Shown here piece by piece: positions 62,003 to 64,000 of a DNA stretch of 64,000 nucleotides. Every line of letters begins with the position of its first letter. Positions within the stretch are counted from its first letter, which is position 1. The DNA comes from Phaeosaccion multiseriatum. Taxonomy: Eukaryota > Protista > Ochrophyta, other classes. The notes under the pieces are model-generated. The model saw only the letters and a program-made list of their open reading frames with translations, had not been told where the DNA came from and made no database searches. Position numbers and translations under genes: made by a program. The stretch lies in the NCBI GenBank assembly GCA_965112735.1, contig OZ218950.1, positions 4,402,001 through 4,466,000 on the forward strand, written 5' to 3'.

Positions 62003-63371
62003 CTAGATGGAGGAGAAAACGCCCTTGACCTCCCGATCGACCTTGGGTGTCATGGTCAGCACTCGATCTGTCACGCGCTGCAGCAGCTTCGGGCACGGAA
62101 CCTGTGGGACGCACCAGATACGGGGACCAAGGGTGGGCAAGGAGTGAGTTAGTGAGTGAGTGAGTGAGTGAGTGAGTGAGTGAGTGAGTGAGTGAGTGAG
62201 TGAGTGAGTGATTGAGTGAGTGATTGCGCGAGTGAAGGTGAGTAAGGTGAGTCAGAAAGACAGGGAGGGAGGGAGAAGGAGGTGGATGAGAAGAGTGAGG
62301 GGGGGCAAGAGTGTTCTCCTTCGACCCTGCCTACTTACCAGCTTGACAATGTCAAAGACGAATCCGCGCATGACCAGAGCCTTGGCGTCTTCTCTCTTCA
62401 CTCCTCGGCTCTCGAGGTAGAACAAGCTCTCCTCGTCGAGGTCCGTCACAGTGGCTCCGTGGGCGCACTTGACGTCGCTATTGATAATCTCCAGAGAGGG
62501 CATGCACGTGATTCGCGCCTTGCTGCTCAGTAACAGTGTCCGGCAGATCTGGTCGGAGTCGGTCTTGGCTCCCTCCTCATCCACTCGTATCCTTCCCTTG
62601 AACACACACTCACTTCGATCAGTCACCACATTGCGCTGCACCTGGAAGCTGTTCGTATTGGTGGCGGTGTGTCCGATGGAGGTGTGGCAGTCAATGAGCT
62701 GGCTCAAGTGAGTCAGAGCCAGCAGCTGAACACTGGAGCGGCTGCGCGTGCCGGGATGCTCCACCTGAAACGGTCATCGCCATTGGATGACATGACAAGA
62801 CGCGCACCGAGACATTTACGCAGATGGACGCACACGCAGTTTGAAGAGGTGGTGGAGGAGGAGGAGGAGGAGGAGGAGGAGGAGGAGGAGGAGGAGGAGG
62901 AGGAGGAGGAGGAGTGACACAAAGGAAGAACAGAGCAAGTCCGTCAGGCAAGGAAAGGCAAGGCACAGCCATGGCGCTCCAACCAACCCCGCAAGGGGGA
63001 GTCGGTCAGATCAGGCCACCCACCCACCCATCCCCCCACCCATCCTCTCTCCCCCATACACCCACGCACCCACCTGCAGATTGAGCCTACCCTGATTGGC
63101 TCCCATGCACACTCCGACAATGTCGTACACGCTGTCCTCTTCGCACGCTACGTGCATGGTGTCGAACATCTGCGCCTCAAGTGACGCCTCCTGCAAGTAG
63201 AAGTGGTTCAGGGTGGCGCCAGAGCCGAGGGTCGCCGAGCTCAGTCCGTTGGTGAAGTATTTGCCGAGGCCTGTGTGCCGGAGGGTTGGAGGGGAGGGGG
63301 AGGAGCGTGTACACACGCACAAGAGGAAAGGAGAGGAGGAGGAGGAGGAGGAGGAGGAGGAGGAGGCGGAG

Positions 63372-63445
<74 letters not shown>

Positions 63446-64000
63446 CAGTGAGAGAGAGCAAAACACACATGTCGGGACACAAACGATCAGAGAGGGACGA
63501 GAAGAATGTCCAGCCAGGCCATTCGGTGGCTTAGCAAGCCTCTGACTCATCGATCCATCTGGTGCCTTACCCGAGTAGGTCTGGAACACGGAAGCGGTGG
63601 AGTTCTGCCCCATGCTAATAACGAGGCGAGGGTTGCTGACCAGGGGCTGCTCCGCTCCTTCCGAGGACAAGAACATAAACTGCGTGCGAGAGCGGGGGGG
63701 GGGAGGGGGGGGAGGGAGGGAGAAGAGAGGGAGGGGGAGAAGGGAAATACGGAAGGGAGACAGAGAGGCGTCAGAAAAAAAGGAGAATAGGCAACGCGAC
63801 AGAGGGAGAGATGAGAGAAGCCCGCGCGCCCGCACACACACACACACACACACACACACTTTCACACACACTCACTCACACACACACACTCACTCACACA
63901 CACACACACTCACGCACACACACATACACAAAGACACATACACAAACCTGCACGGGCGTGTCAAGGGTGGCGAAGTCGTCCACCGAGAGCACGGCAACAT
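62003..64000 (-). CDS. sufD: Fe-S cluster assembly protein SufD (5' part outside the window)
   Basis: Exons >64000-63948, 63679-63571, 63270-63074, 62764-62339, 62101-62003 (TAG). Motifs SNPRLVI, YFTN, CVFKGRIRV..KTDSDQICRTLLLS..PSLEIINSDVKCAHGATVTDLDEESLFYLESRGV. Confidence 0.93.
62856..62914. repeat. (GAG)n microsatellite in a sufD intron
   Basis: Pure trinucleotide run. Confidence 0.9.
63333..63440. repeat. Compound (GAG)n(GA)n microsatellite in a sufD intron
   Basis: Visible directly. Confidence 0.9.

Noticed and set aside
13541-64000. An Fe-S gene cluster formed by the YkgJ gene and sufD
   Set aside because: They are ~47 kb apart with unrelated genes between them in a eukaryotic genome; nothing supports linkage.

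Overview
Eukaryotic, GC-rich, intron-containing DNA with microsatellite-filled introns. A nuclear sufD and a signal-peptide+Phe leader suggest a photosynthetic stramenopile (ochrophyte/eustigmatophyte-like); this is inference. I hand-spliced seven genes with phase-consistent junctions. (1) A secreted LamG + Sel1-repeat (SEL1L3-like) protein, cut by the left edge. (2) A 16-exon histidyl-tRNA synthetase with an N-terminal, probably inactive ammonia-lyase-like domain. (3) A small YkgJ-type CxxCxxCC protein. (4) An acidic orphan protein. (5) A ~2,580-aa protein with C2-like segments. (6) The main result: the separate minus-strand ORFs at 28032-61096 join into one 12-exon gene of about 10,470 aa. 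It has a midasin/Rea1-like ring of six AAA+ modules in which 1/3/5 look intact and 2/4/6 degenerate, then a very long linker, tandem ASH/PapD-like Ig repeats, a ~1-kb Gly-Gln repeat and four different C-terminal vWA/MIDAS domains. (7) sufD, cut by the right edge. No RNA genes, CRISPR arrays or autonomous transposons were seen. All gene models and family calls come from reading motifs by eye, without database searches.
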